DNA of 64,000 nucleotides from Anolis carolinensis (Eukaryota). The DNA is taken from positions 7,954,317-8,018,316 of the forward strand of contig NW_026943824.1 of NCBI RefSeq assembly GCF_035594765.1, in the 5' to 3' direction. The position numbers were made by a program, and so were the translations under genes. The notes beneath the pieces were generated by a model. That model did not search any database. It saw nothing but the letters and a program-made list of their open reading frames with translations, and was not told the origin of the DNA. Positions within the stretch are counted from its first letter, which is position 1, and the number at the start of each line of letters is the position of its first letter. Below, piece after piece: positions 23,295 to 35,180 of this stretch.

Positions 23295-23400
23295 AGAGAA
23301 TACTTCTGGAACATGGCCAGACAGCCCGGAATACATGCAACAATCCTATACTTTTGGTTGTGAGAGAATTAGGTAGGGGCTCACAGTGAAGGGTCTGTGG

Positions 23401-23541
23401 CAGGCCTGGGCCAACTTGGGCCCTCCCTCCAGGAAGGCTGAAGGGGCTGAGAGGGAAAAAGAAGGGGCCCGAGGCGGTTAGGAATGGTGGGAGTTGAAGT
23501 CCAAAACACCTGAAGAGAGGGCCCAAGTTGGCCCAGGCCTG
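23401..23541. mobile_element. Palindromic hAT-type MITE (internally deleted)
   Basis: TIRs CAGGCCTGGGCCAACTTGGGCCCTC; same family as 7398-7590. Confidence 0.78.
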
Positions 23542-23544
23542 GGT

Positions 23545-24380
23545 TGGTGCGCATGCGCACTGCCTTCCCTCTGTTCCCCCCCGCCCCTCCCTTCCCTCAC
23601 CTTGGCTTTGTCCGCGTCGCGGTGGGGGGCCCTCTTCCGCCGACTCTTCCTTCCTCTCAGCCCCTCCTTCCTGCCCCTCCGGCCGCCCTCCGGCCCCGAC
23701 GGAGCCCCCGCCGCATCTGCGCCTCAGGAAGGAGAAGGAAGAAGAGGAAGAGGGGGCGTCTCCGTCCTTTGGGGGCCGTCGAAGAGGAGGAGGAGGAGGG
23801 GAAGAGATGAGGCGAGTGACCAGCCCGGCCTCAGCCGCCCAGCGCCCCCTCAGGAGCAGAAGGGGCGGTCCCTCCGCGAGGCCCCGCCCACTCTCCCTCT
23901 CTACCCGAGGCCCCGCCCACTCTCCCCCTCTAGGATGGAAACCGAGCGGAGTGCGCACGCGCAAGGGCTCCCTCGGCCTCAACGGGGCGTGGGCGGCGGC
24001 ATCAGCTGCTTCCGGAGTCCGGATTGGGGGGGGGGTGAGAGGGGAGGGGGACATTCTTGAGAGGCGCCCAAGTGGAAACGCCCGCCCCCTCCCCTCCCCC
24101 CGGACAGAAAGAGCGACAGGGAGGGGGCGAGCGGTGCAATGCGGGGAGGAGCTCCACAAAACAACCAGGGAGGCGGGGGGCGGCCAACAAAGCCGCCCTT
24201 TCTCTCCCTCCCAGTGCTCTCCTCTGAAAGGGGAGGGAGGGGGCTCTCGTGGGTTGTTTTTCCTGCGCGGAAAGTGTACCCGCGTGGGTCGGGTGGGGCC
24301 TCTGCGCATGCGCGCCCTCAATGCTCGAAGGGCGGGGGAGCTAAAGGGCTCTGTCACGTGACTGCCAGGCCGAGCGATGG
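23545..24380 (-). promoter_or_regulatory. CpG island; probable GLIS2 promoter and non-coding first exon
   Basis: CpG-dense; NRF1-type TGCGCATGCGC near 23548 and 24303; palindromic E-box GTCACGTGAC 24353-24362; strong minus-strand donor AAG|gtgagg at 23601. Confidence 0.6.
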
Positions 24381-24556
24381 AGCCCCCTGCAGGGCGTCCA
24401 GGAAAAGAATGTCCAGGGGTGTTATTGGCATTACTATTATCATTGAAGCCTATCACTATTGGGTTATTGTATGTATTCCGGGCTGTATTTATTTATTTAT
24501 TTACAGCATTTATATTCCGCCCTTCTCACCCCGAAGGGGACTCAGGGCGGATCACA

Positions 24557-25015
24557 TCTATCTATATATATAAAAGAGTGATGGCATGACGGCGACCCAC
24601 AAAACAACAAAACTACAGGCCCCCCAACCTCGAAATTTGACAACACAACCCATCATCCACGCCTCTAGGTTGATGCAACAAAAAGAAAAGAAAAATAAAG
24701 TCCTAATTAGAGAGAGAGGAATAATTGCTTTTATCCAATTGCTGCCAGTTAGAAGGCTAAGCTCCTCCAACTTGGTCTCCTAGCAACCCCAAAAAAATAA
24801 ATAAAAAACACTAAAAAAATTAATACAATAAAATACTATAATAACAGAAAATAACTAAAAATAATACAAGAAAATAATAAAATATAATAAATAAAAATAT
24901 AACTTACAATAAAATTAATTAAAAATGCAAATAACGTCAAATAAAAATTACACAACAATTTTTAACCAATACCACCACCATTTTGCCACAGCAACGCGTG
25001 GCCGGGCACAGCTAG
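24557..25015 (+). mobile_element. Non-autonomous Helitron
   Basis: A|TC start, subterminal hairpin GCCAC-AGCAACGC-GTGGC at 24985-25002, CTAG|T end, no TSD. Confidence 0.8.
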
Positions 25016-25171
25016 TTACACATATAGGCAAACATTCAATGCCTTTTAACATAGAACAAAGACAAACATAGGCTCCAAGCGGGCCTCGAACTCATGACCT
25101 CCTGGTCAGAGTGATTCATTGCAGCTGGATTCAGCTGGCTTGCTCTCCAGCCTGCGCCACAGCCCGGGCCC

Positions 25172-25730
25172 ATGTATGGCCATGTTCTAGAAGTATTCTC
25201 TCCTGAAGTCCCCTGACTAGACAAGGAAGGTTAATATATATCTGTGAAGAGTCCAGGGTGTGAGAAGAGTTGTTTGTCAGTTGGAAGCCAGCATGAATGT
25301 TGCAGTTAATCACAGAAAGGAGGAAACCATGAAAATGAACAAAATCTGGCTACTAGTATTAAAAAACTCAAAAATCGGAACAGTAGATGGGAAGCAACAC
25401 TCTGAGGGCAGAGGAGCTCCATGGACGGCTAATGACTCTGAACAAAGGATGTCCCCCAGGCAAGAGACGAACCTTTCCAATGTCATTTAAGGTGATTAAC
25501 TGCAACATTTACGCTGGCTTCCAATTGACAAAGAACTCTTCTCACACCCTGGACTCTCCGCAGATATATATTAACCTTCCTTGCCTAGTTTCTCCATGCC
25601 TCACAACCTCTGAGGATGCCTGCCATAGATGTGGGTGAAACATCAGGAGAGATTACTTCTAGAACATGGCCATACAGCCCGGAATACATACAACAACCCT
25701 GTGATCCTGGCCATGAAAGCCTTCAACAAC
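25172..25730. mobile_element. Penelope-like fragment with inverted 5' portion
   Basis: Minus piece at 25172-25310 joined to a plus piece encoding RKEETMKMNKIWLLVLKNSK; hammerhead variant at 25607-25647. Confidence 0.75.
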
Positions 25731-26182
25731 CTATCACTATTATTAAAAACCCCTGTGCTGGAAGGACTGATGACTAACAGATCCATGGTTCGAATCCAGG
25801 CAGAGCTGACAGAATTCCTCTGTCAGCTCCAGCTCCCCATGTGGGGACATGAGAGAAGCCTCCCACAAGGATGGTAAAAAACATCAAAACATCCGGGCAA
25901 TGTCCCCTGGGCAACGTCCTTGCAGACAGCCAATTTTCTCACACCAGAAGGGACTTTCAGTTTCTCAAGTAGCTCTTGACACAAAAAAAACCCTATTATT
26001 ATTGTGAGTTTTCTGAGCTGTATGTTCCTGAAGCATTATCTCCTGAACTTTCTCCCACATCTATGGCAGGCTTCCTCAGAGGTTGTGAGGTCTTTTGGAA
26101 CATGGCCATACAGCCTGGAAAGCACCCAGTGATTCCTGTTGTGAAAGCCTTCGACAACACTTTATTATTTTTTATTATTATT

Positions 26183-26535
26183 AGACACACGAGATGAGTA
26201 CACAATAAACAAGATCACTCTGCTGGCTGTTGTATTGGCTCACATGTCGGACACTTCTAAAGTGTCTAAGACTATGTAATGTATTGGTAAACAATGCGTA
26301 CAGATCTGAGCAAGGTAGCCTTTTGCAGCTGACAGTTGGTAATTTTGTTAGTGTGGATTGTTTTTAAGTGCTGGCCAAGGTCTTTAGGCACTGCATTCAG
26401 CGTGCTAACCACCGGGACCACCTTGATCGGCTTGTCACAGCCTTTGCAGCTCGATCTTTAAATCCTTGTGTAGCGTAACCGTTTCCAGTTGCTTCTCATC
26501 GATTCTGCTGTCACCTAGGATTGCAGCATTGACAA
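26183..26535 (-). mobile_element. R4/Dong LINE 3' fragment (second subfamily)
   Basis: Reverse-complement homolog of 6555-6880; preceded by (TTA)n. Confidence 0.7.
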
Positions 26536-26578
26536 CAAGCTGCCCTTCTCCAGACCGCAACTCCTATACGCCCTACGG

Positions 26579-26717
26579 CAGTGGTTCTCAGCCTGTGGGT
26601 CCCCAGATGTTTTGGTCTTCAACTCCCAGAAATCCTAACCGCTCATTAACTGGCTGGGATTTTCGGGAGTTGTAGGCCAAAACACCTGGGGACCCACAGG
26701 TTGAGAACCACTCACTG
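26579..26717. mobile_element. Short palindromic hAT/Charlie-like MITE
   Basis: CAGTGGTTCTCA...TGAGAACCACT inverted arms. Confidence 0.72.
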
Positions 26718-27248
26718 CCCTGTGGCAAAGTAATGCAGGGACATCTATTTGGGAGGAGTGATTTCTTATGGTTATTTTATAATAATTATTATATTAATAA
26801 AAGTGATATTGATTTAGTAGAGTGTGGTTCAGGGGGTCCCCAGGGGCAACGGAAGGACTCAGTGGGCATCCTATCTGGATGAGGATGGTATTTTTATCAT
26901 TATTATTAATAATAAGTGTAGAATATTGAGAAGCTATAACAGGCCCTGCAGGTGTTTTGGATTTCAACTCCCACAATTCCTAACAACCACAGACTCCTTT
27001 TTCCCCTCGGCCGCTTAAGCTTTTGTATGAATTTTTTGCAATAAAAATTTATTATAAAAAGAATGCAGTTTTACTGCATTATATTATAATATATAATAAT
27101 AATAATCCTTTATTTGTACCCTGCCTCCATCTCCTATAGGGACTTGTGTTGGCCTACACAATTATATGGCAGTGTAGTAGTCATACGTTGTTGCTCCACG
27201 TCGAGTTGTAAGGAAAGGTGGTTAATAAATAATTTTTAAAAAGTAATA

Positions 27249-27571
27249 CAGTAGAGTCTCACTTATCCAACGTAAACGGGCCGGCTGAATGTTGGATAAG
27301 TGAATATGTTGGATAATAAGGAGAGATTAAGGAAAAACCTATTAAACATCAAATTAGGTTATGATTTCACCAATTAAGCACCAAAACATCATGTTATACA
27401 ACAAATTTGACAGAAAAAGTCATTCAATACACAGTAATGCTATGTAGTAATTACTGTATTTACGAAATTAGCACCAAAATATCACGATATATTGAAAATA
27501 TTGACTACAAAAATGCACTGGATAATCCAGAACGTTGGATAAGCGAGTGTTGGGTAAGTGAGACTCTACTG
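27249..27571. mobile_element. Tc1/mariner MITE
   Basis: TA|CAGTAGAGTCTCACTTA...TAAGTGAGACTCTACTG|TA. Confidence 0.85.
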
Positions 27572-27619
27572 TAATAATAGCTCTTTTTTCACCTCTCTCA
27601 GAAGCGAGACTCAAGGAAA

Positions 27620-27941
27620 AAAGGTAAAGGTTTCCCCTGACATTTAAGTCCAGTCATGTCTGACTCTGGGGGTTGGTGCTCATCTCCATTTCTAAGCTGA
27701 AGAGCTGGCGTTGTCCATAGACACCTCCAAGGTCATGTGGCCGGCATGACTGCATAGAGCGCCCTTACCTTCCCGCTGGAGCAGTACCTATTGATCTACT
27801 CACATTTGCATGTTTTCGAACTGCTAGGTTGTCAGAAGCTGGAGCTAATAGTGGGTGCTCACTTCGCTCCCGGGATTTGAACCTGCGACCTTTCGGTCTG
27901 CAAGTTCAGCATCTCAGTGCTTTAACACACTTCGCCACCGG
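27620..27941 (-). mobile_element. Sauria SINE
   Basis: TSD GACTCAAGGAAA at 27608-27619 and 27942-27953. Confidence 0.87.
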
Positions 27942-27999
27942 GACTCAAGGAAAGCCTCCCACAATTTGCAAGCAGCACAATTAAATATATTACCATGGA

Positions 28000-28230
28000 G
28001 TTGTGTGTTTTCCAGGCTCTGTGGTCATGTTCCAGAAGCATTCTCTCCTGACGTTTCGCCGACATCTATGGCAGGCATCCTCTGGTTGTGAGGTTTATAT
28101 ACCTCTCAACTCCTGAGGATGCGTGCCATAGATGTGAGTGAAACGTCAGGAGAGAATGCTTCTGGAACATGGCCATATAGTTTGGAAAACACACAACAAC
28201 CCTGTGATTCCGGCCATGAAAGCCTTCGAC
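28000..28230. mobile_element. Inverted Penelope pLTR pair just upstream of TFAP4
   Basis: Minus and plus hammerhead-type units back to back around 28095. Confidence 0.75.
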
Positions 28231-28269
28231 ATGGAATCGCGCGAGTATGGAAACAAGTCACTTCCCAAA

Positions 28270-29200
28270 GCTGGGCTCCTTTGTTTACATGGCGGGGCGA
28301 AAGGAAGGAGGGAGGGGGCGGGGCGAGGGAGGAGGAGGGGGCGGAGCCTCGGCGGGAGGGGGCGGTCCTTGCGTGGCCCCGCCCCTCACCAGCTGTTTCC
28401 CGCCTTGAGCAGCAGCAGCCGGAGGAGGAGGAGGGAGGCGCGCGCGCACACGCATACACACACACACACAGAGGCACGCTTACACACGCGCGCGCACGCC
28501 TCCTTCTGCCCCCCTTCCTAGAAACACGCGGATCGGCGGCAGAGGAGGGGGAGGCCGAAGAGGAAGGCGCCCCCTCCCTCCCTCTCTCCTTCCCTCCCTC
28601 CCTCCTCCTCCCTTCCCCCTTCCGATGGAGTACTTCGTGGTCCCCGCGCCCAAGGTGCCTCCGCCGCTGCAGCAGCATCAGCAGCCCTTCCGGAAGTCCG
28701 AGAAGGAGGTCATCGGGGGGCTCTGCAGGTGAGTCTGAAGGGAGGGAGGGAGGGAAAGGGGGCGCCCTCTGTCGGGAGGGGAGGGAAGCGCAGGCAGGCA
28801 GGGCCACGCGGTGCCTGCGCCTCAAAGGCAGGCAACAGGGAGGGAAGGAAGGGGGAGGCGGGCAGGAGCACAAGGCGGCCACGCGCCTGCCTGACTGGCT
28901 GCCTCTTTCCTCTTCCTCTCACTCTTTCTTTCTGCCGCCTCCCTCGTGTTGACTCCTCGCTTTCCTCGGGCCTGGCGGTGACTCTGCAGCCTCCTCCGAG
29001 GGAGGGGGCGGGGCTTGGGCCGCGGGGGAAGCCGGGACTTGTAGTTGCGCCCTCGCCCGCCTTTGTCAGCCGCCAAAGATGAAGAGGAGGAGGAGGAGGA
29101 GGAGCCGCACGTGGCGCCAAGAAGGGGGAGAGGGGAAAGGCAGGCCTTCCTGGGGGGACCCCCTCCCTCCCCCTCCCCAGGAATATATGGCCTCGCCCCC
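28270..29200 (+). promoter_or_regulatory. TFAP4 CpG-island promoter and intron-1 E-box cluster
   Basis: GC boxes upstream of the ATG; CACGTG 29108-29113, CACGCG at 28805 and 28880, CTCGTG at 28943. Confidence 0.65.
28625..28728 (+). CDS. TFAP4: Transcription factor AP-4 exon 1
   Basis: MEYFVVPAPKVPPPLQQHQQPFRKSEKEVIGGLC, AG|gtgagt. Confidence 0.94.
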
Positions 29201-29379
29201 CCTTGAGCTGAGCTCCCAAACCAAAACAACCCCAGCCATCAGCCCATTAAACTGGGTCCTCAGGCCTGGAGGCGGCCTCCCTCTCTCTAGGGTCCTCCAG
29301 GTGTTTTGGACTACAACTCCCACCATTCCTGACTGTCTCAGCCCCCTTCCTTTCCCCCCTCAGCCACTGAAGCTTAGAA

Positions 29380-30632
29380 CAGGGGCCTCAAACTTTTTAA
29401 GTGGAGGGCCTGTTCATGGTCCCTCAGATTGTTGAGAGGCCGAATTATCATTTGAAAAAAATATATGAACAAATTCCTATTCACACTGTACATGTCTTAT
29501 TTGTAGTGCAAAAAAAACCCCCAACAACATTTATTTATTTACTACATTTATACTCCACCCTCTCTCACGCCGAAGGGGACTTAGAGCGGCTTACAAGTTG
29601 TATGTACATACAATATATTATATTATTAGCATAGCACAATATTAGCATTATATATTACTATATTGTACTATACCACTATACCATAATATTATTAGTAATA
29701 TTACATTTAATATATAATGTATAATTAATAAAAGGTAAAGGTTTCCCCTGACATTAAGTCCAGTCATGTCTGACTCTGGGGGTTGGTGCTCATCTCCATT
29801 TCTAAGCCGAAGAGCCGGCGTTGTCCGTAGACACCTCCAAGGTCATGTGGCCGGCATAACTGCATGGAACGCTGTTACACAGTGGCCTGCTTTGGTGTAA
29901 ATCCAGCCAGGAAACAGAGTAGCTCCCAACCAGGAATGTAGGACATTGCTGGAGGGGGGTCCCTAGGAAATATCTACCCCTAAGAGATAGTAAGGTAAAG
30001 GTTTCCCCTGACGTGGCTGGCATGACTGCATGGAGCGCCGTTACCTTCCCGCCGGAGCGGTACCTATTGATCTACTCACATTTGCATGTTTTCACACTGC
30101 TAGGTTGGCAGGAGCTGGAGCTAACAGCAGGCACTCAAGCCGCTCCCGGGGTTTGAACCTGGGACCTTTCGGTCTCCAGCTCAGTGCTTTAACGCACTAT
30201 TAATATTAATATTACTATATTATATTATACAATATTATTATATTGTATTATTATTATTAGCCGCCCTGAGTCCCCTATTGGGTGGGAAGGGCGGGGTAGA
30301 AATACTGTAATTAATAAATAAATATTATATTGTATTACATTATAATATTAATATCAATATGTATACACAATATATTATTACCATAGCACAATGTTAGTAA
30401 ATGAAAGAAAAATACAATATTTAGAAATAAAAATAATTTTAACCAACATACTGTAAACCTATCAGGATTTCAGTGGGAAGTGTGGGCCTGCTTCTGGCCA
30501 ATGAGATAGTTAAGTAGAATTGTTGTTGTTGTGTGCCTTCAAGTCATTTCAGACTTTGGGGGAGCCTAAGTCTAAAACTGAGGGCGGGGGCCAGGAAAAT
30601 GACCTTGGAGGGCATTAGTTTGGGGACCCCTG
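29380..30632. mobile_element. hAT non-autonomous element containing L2 tails and Sauria SINE pieces (29732-30198)
   Basis: TIRs CAGGGGCCTCAAACT / AGTTTGGGGACCCCTG; same family as 56672-57040. Confidence 0.7.
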
Positions 30633-30964
30633 CAGTGAGTCTCACTTATCCAAGATAAACGGGCCGGCAGAACATTGGGTAAGGGAAAATCTTAGATAAT
30701 AAGGAAGGATTAAGAAAAAAAACTAATTAAACATAAGATTACATTATGATTTTACAGATTAAGACCAAAACATCATGTTTTACAACAAATTGACAGAAAG
30801 AGCAGTTCAATACACAGTAATGTTATGTAGTAATTACTGTATTTACAAATTTAGCACCAAAACATTGAACATTTACTACAAAAACAATGACTACTAAAAG
30901 GCAGACTGCCTTGGATAATACAGAACCTTGGATAAGTGAAGTTTGGATAAGTGAGACTCTACTG
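30633..30964. mobile_element. Tc1/mariner MITE
   Basis: Same TIR family as 27249-27571. Confidence 0.78.
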
Positions 30965-31220
30965 TAATAACAGTTTCTTATCCTAATAATAATAATAATC
31001 ATTCCTACTCACTTCTCCTGGCCCCAATGAAGAATGCTACCCCCAAATGACATCTCAGTGGAACTTTTGGAAAGTTTGGGCATCCAAAAGGGAAAGAGGC
31101 TAAGACAAATTGACCACCACCGAGACAACAACAATAATAATAACAAGTGGACTTCACTGGGTTTTTCCCTGCAATGTTAGAATGTGGGGGATTTCTTTTA
31201 GGGGTTGCCCTTAGTTGGAG

Positions 31221-31533
31221 TCCCCAGTGGCACAGCGGGTTAACAGCTGAGCTGCTGAACTTGCTGACTGAAAGGTTGGCAGTTCGGATCCGGGGAGCAG
31301 AGTGAGCTCCCGCTATTAGCCCCAGCTTCTGCCAACCTAGCAATTCAAAAACATGTTGAGTAGATCAATAGATACCGCTTATGCGGGAAGGTAACGGTGC
31401 TCCATGCAGTCATGCCGGCCACATGACCTAGGAGGTGTCTACGGACAACGCCGGCTCTTCGGCTTAGGAATGGAGATGAGCACCAACCCCCAGAGTCGGA
31501 CACAACTGGACTTAATGTCAGGGGAAACCGTTA
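31221..31533 (+). mobile_element. Sauria SINE
   Basis: TSD CCTTAGTTGGAG at 31209-31220 and 31534-31545. Confidence 0.87.
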
Positions 31534-31882
31534 CCTTAGTTGGAGGGACACATGGGTTTCCAGGGACACATGGAGTTCCAAAGACCAGGAAATAGATGGA
31601 GAAAGACAGAGGTGCCTCTACTACACCTGTTGCCTGTTAGGAACTGAGGGAGTTAAAGTCCACCTTGAGGGCCAAAGTTTGCCCATACTTATTCTAGAGG
31701 TTGGTTGTTTCCCCTTTACGTTCCACTGCATCACAAAGTGTTGTATGTCGGGTGGATATCAGAATAATATTAAGGAGTTCAGCCTTCCTCTCTCTCTGCT
31801 TTGATGCCTAAGGACTGCCCGGAGCAGCCCCTTGCGTTCCCAGTTGAGCCATGCCCTTTGACCTCCCCTCTGTCCCCCGTAG

Positions 31883-32048
31883 CCTGGCCAACCTGCCCCT
31901 GACCCCCGAGACGCAGCGGGACCAGGAGCGCCGCATCCGGAGAGAGATCGCCAATAGCAATGAGCGCCGGCGCATGCAGAGCATCAACGCCGGCTTCCAG
32001 TCCCTGAAGACCCTCATCCCGCACACGGACGGGGAGAAGCTCAGCAAG
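31883..32048 (+). CDS. TFAP4: TFAP4 exon 2 (bHLH basic region and helix 1)
   Basis: LANLPLTPETQRDQERRIRREIANSNERRRMQSINAGFQSLKTLIPHTDGEKLSK. Confidence 0.97.
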
Positions 32049-34184
32049 GTCAGCAGCCACGAGGGGGTATTGGGGAGGAAACCCAAGGCCCCTTCCTCAT
32101 TGCTAGAAATATAGAGATATATCAAGATTATGCAGAGATTTTTCTTTATCCTGGAAACAAAGTAGGGCCTTCCTTCCACCTGCACCGTCAGAACCACAAA
32201 AAGTGTTCTCTGCAAGAGAATCTCTCTCTGTTCACCAAAAGGCTGCCTTGGGTCCCACTCAGGGAGGAAGGCAGCCTGCAAACGTAACAAATGTATAAAA
32301 AGTAAAATACTGTAGTGCAAAATGTTGATTGTTTTTTTGTTGTGCAAAACTGTTGTGATCCTAACAACTTGAAATAGTTGCAAACATTGCAACTGTTGCA
32401 AACTTTGCAATTAGCTGATGACTGTCACACACATTTTGTTTAGCAGGTTGTATCCTAATGTTGAAGTTTTCTGTGTCTGTAGCTACATTGCGTTGGTTGT
32501 AACTAGTGAAGAGTCTTGGGTCCCAGTTTATTCCAAAGTGGGCAAGGGCTCTGCCCATGCCTTCGAGCGAAAACGAAACCAGGAAGCCCTTGTGTCCCTC
32601 GTGCCGAGTGTGAACTTTGCCTGCAGTAGAGGGTCCCTTGGACCGCGTCTTGCCCTTCTGCAGAAGCGAAAAAAGTGGCAGAATTGTTTGGTTCTCCTTT
32701 ATGGGGAATCCAATAATCCAGGGTTTCCTTTCCGGGCGCAAGATGGACTTTGCCCAGTCGGCAGGTGCAGGCTTTCCCGAGTTTGCAAAGACAAGCAGGT
32801 GTATCGGATCAAAACCAGCAACAAGTAAACATCTCTGAGTTTTATTCAGGGACTGCGTATTTATTTGTTTAGATTTTACGACTTTATTCAATTGAAGGTG
32901 CCTTGTGCAAAACCCCCAGTTTTGAGAAGGAAAAAAAGTATATTATCAATGGAGGAAAGGCAGAAATTTGTACGTCTTCAGTCGACTTCTCAGCTGCTGG
33001 AATTGTGGCCAACAGATATGAGAAGTCTTTTGCGTTGAGAATCAGAGAGAAACTCCCCAGACTTTTTTTCCTGCACAAGACAAGATTGCGGCATATCTGG
33101 GCTTTGGGGCAAACATTTCCCAAAGGTTCTTCAAGGCACAAGATACTGGACTTTGCTTGAATGTGTTTTCCTGTCTTTGTGTTAAAACTCAACCAGTTTT
33201 GTGTGGGAGAGTTACCCTTTCATTACCATCATATGTATATATACATCCCACTGTCCAGGGCTCAAGAGTTAGAACAGACACAATTTCACAATCCATGCCA
33301 TACAAGAGTTGTAGACAATCAGTGGAATGGAAAACACAGCCCTTAAAAGCGGGAGCCCTTTCAAGTGGCGATGGCTGTGATGGGCTCTAGAGTCAGCTTG
33401 GACTTCTGCTGGATCTGGATGGGATCCGTAATAAGGTTGTCCCTTTCTGTCTGCCTCCTTCCCTTTTGAGCTCATCACGGCTATTTGTGTGTCCAAAATA
33501 CAACAGCCGCATTGACCATTTGGACTTCCGGTGAGAGACCAGGCTGGGGTCTATTGCTGCTGCCATGAGGCACTTGGCTGTTCTGAAGGCGCAATGCTCT
33601 CTGGGTGCCCTTTTCTTGCCCAGGGGACCAGTATCAGTATTAGCAATTTATTACAGTCTATGATCAGAATATATAGAAATGGGCACAGGTGCCCGAAAAG
33701 GGGAATCGCAGTTCCCATAAAAGTCAGATAAAAGAACAAGTTAAAAACATGCTATAATAAAAACAAATTAAAAGCAGACTATTAGCAGGGTCAGCTAATA
33801 GTAAATATCAATCCACTAAGTGGCTCTGGAGGGGGATAGAGGGAGCATTTGCAGTCTTTCAGTTATAACAGATTGCTCTGGCTACAGGCCCTGTGGGGTC
33901 AGTCATCGTCCATCTGATGGAAATTGCTGCCGCACAGATCCTGGCGACACTATAGGTTATTGCAGAACAGGAGTCTGAGAGCAGCAGAGAGGTGTAGTAT
34001 CTTTCAGTGCGGCCTGGATGTTTTAAAAGCCAAGGAGTGATGAAATTGATTCTAATATCTATAAAACATACACTGGAGGGGACCAAAGGGACAACAGGCT
34101 TTGCCTCCTTGCAGCCAGGGATCAGGTGAGACTGCCTTCTTGCCCTCCTTGACCCCTCTGTGCCCTCCTTCTCTCCTTCCGCAG

Positions 34185-34283
34185 GCAGCCATCCTCCAGC
34201 AAACGGCCGAATACATCTTCTCTCTGGAGCAGGAGAAGACGCGGCTGCTGCAGCAGAATGCACAGCTCAAGAGGTTTATCCAG
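34185..34283 (+). CDS. TFAP4: TFAP4 exon 3 (helix 2 and zipper)
   Basis: AAILQQTAEYIFSLEQEKTRLLQQNAQLKRFIQ. Confidence 0.96.
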
Positions 34284-34366
34284 GTGAGGCACAAGTGTGG
34301 GCAGCCCAGTTGCCTCCCCACCTTTGACCTTCCTCTGCTCTGACCCCCACATTTCCTTGTTGGCAG

Positions 34367-34537
34367 GAATTCAGTGGCTCCTCCCCGAAGCGGCGGCGGG
34401 CGGAGGACAAGGACGAGGGCATCGGCTCCCCAGACATCTGGGAGGACGAAAAGGCCGAGGACCTGCGCCGGGAGATGATTGAGCTCCGGCAGCAGCTGGA
34501 CAAGGAACGCTCTGTCCGCATGATGCTGGAGGAGCAG
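34367..34537 (+). CDS. TFAP4: TFAP4 exon 4
   Basis: EFSGSSPKRRRAEDKDEGIGSPDIWEDEKAEDLRREMIELRQQLDKERSVRMMLEEQ. Confidence 0.96.
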
Positions 34538-34745
34538 GTGAGTGCCGGAAGGGGCCTCAGGGGGTGGGGGGGTTGGAGGTATGGGGACCCCTAAAACTGG
34601 GACCCCGGACAGAGGGTGTACTTGGGGGTGCTTTGATTTCCCTCTGTGATCTCACTTCCTGCGATGGAGAAGGGGAGCGTGATAGAGGTGTTGAGCTCCT
34701 TCGCCACGGCACCTGCTGACCCCCGTGTCCCCCCTCCCTTGCCAG

Positions 34746-34883
34746 GTGCGCTCCCTGGAGGCCCACATGTACCCAGAGAAGCTTAAGGTGATCGCCCAAC
34801 AGGTGCAGCTGCAGCAGCAGCAGGAGCAGGTGAGGCTGATGCACCAGGAGAAGTTTGAGCGCCATCAGCAGAGCCACGGACAG
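34746..34883 (+). CDS. TFAP4: TFAP4 exon 5
   Basis: VRSLEAHMYPEKLKVIAQQVQLQQQQEQVRL...|gtgagc. Confidence 0.94.
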
Positions 34884-35027
34884 GTGAGCCCCCAAAGGGC
34901 GACACCTTTGCAGATGGCACAGGCCAAGAGGGTTGGGAAGGAACGGGTTCCCATGCAGGAGGGCCCCTCCAGCACTATTCATGGGGAGATTCATGACATC
35001 ATTTTGATTTTATCTGCCCCCCAACAG

Positions 35028-35180
35028 CTCTTTCCGGGACAGGGCCCCCCGGCGCCTACCCACCATCCCTCTGTTATCGTGCCCCCACCATCGCACCATG
35101 TGACAGTGGTAACCATGGGCCCCTCTTCCGTCATCAACGCGGTCTCCACCTCCCGGCAGAACCTGGACACCATCGTGCAG
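35028..35180 (+). CDS. TFAP4: TFAP4 exon 6
   Basis: LFPGQGPPAPTHHPSVIVPPP...STSRQNLDTIVQ|gtgagc. Confidence 0.92.

Noticed and set aside
23290-24456. 388-aa minus-strand ORF and overlapping plus-strand ORFs
   Set aside because: Pro/Arg/Gly low-complexity product of a CpG island that runs into MITE and Penelope sequence; no recognisable domain
25080-25170. tRNA-like A/B boxes
   Set aside because: SINE head; I could not fold a cloverleaf
28106-29229. 258-277 aa ORFs on both strands
   Set aside because: They span a Penelope repeat and the TFAP4 promoter; the true TFAP4 exon 1 is in another frame
32300-34060. ORFs and short inverted repeats in TFAP4 intron 2
   Set aside because: Probably decayed LINE or other repeat remnants; I could not assign a family or a coherent reading frame
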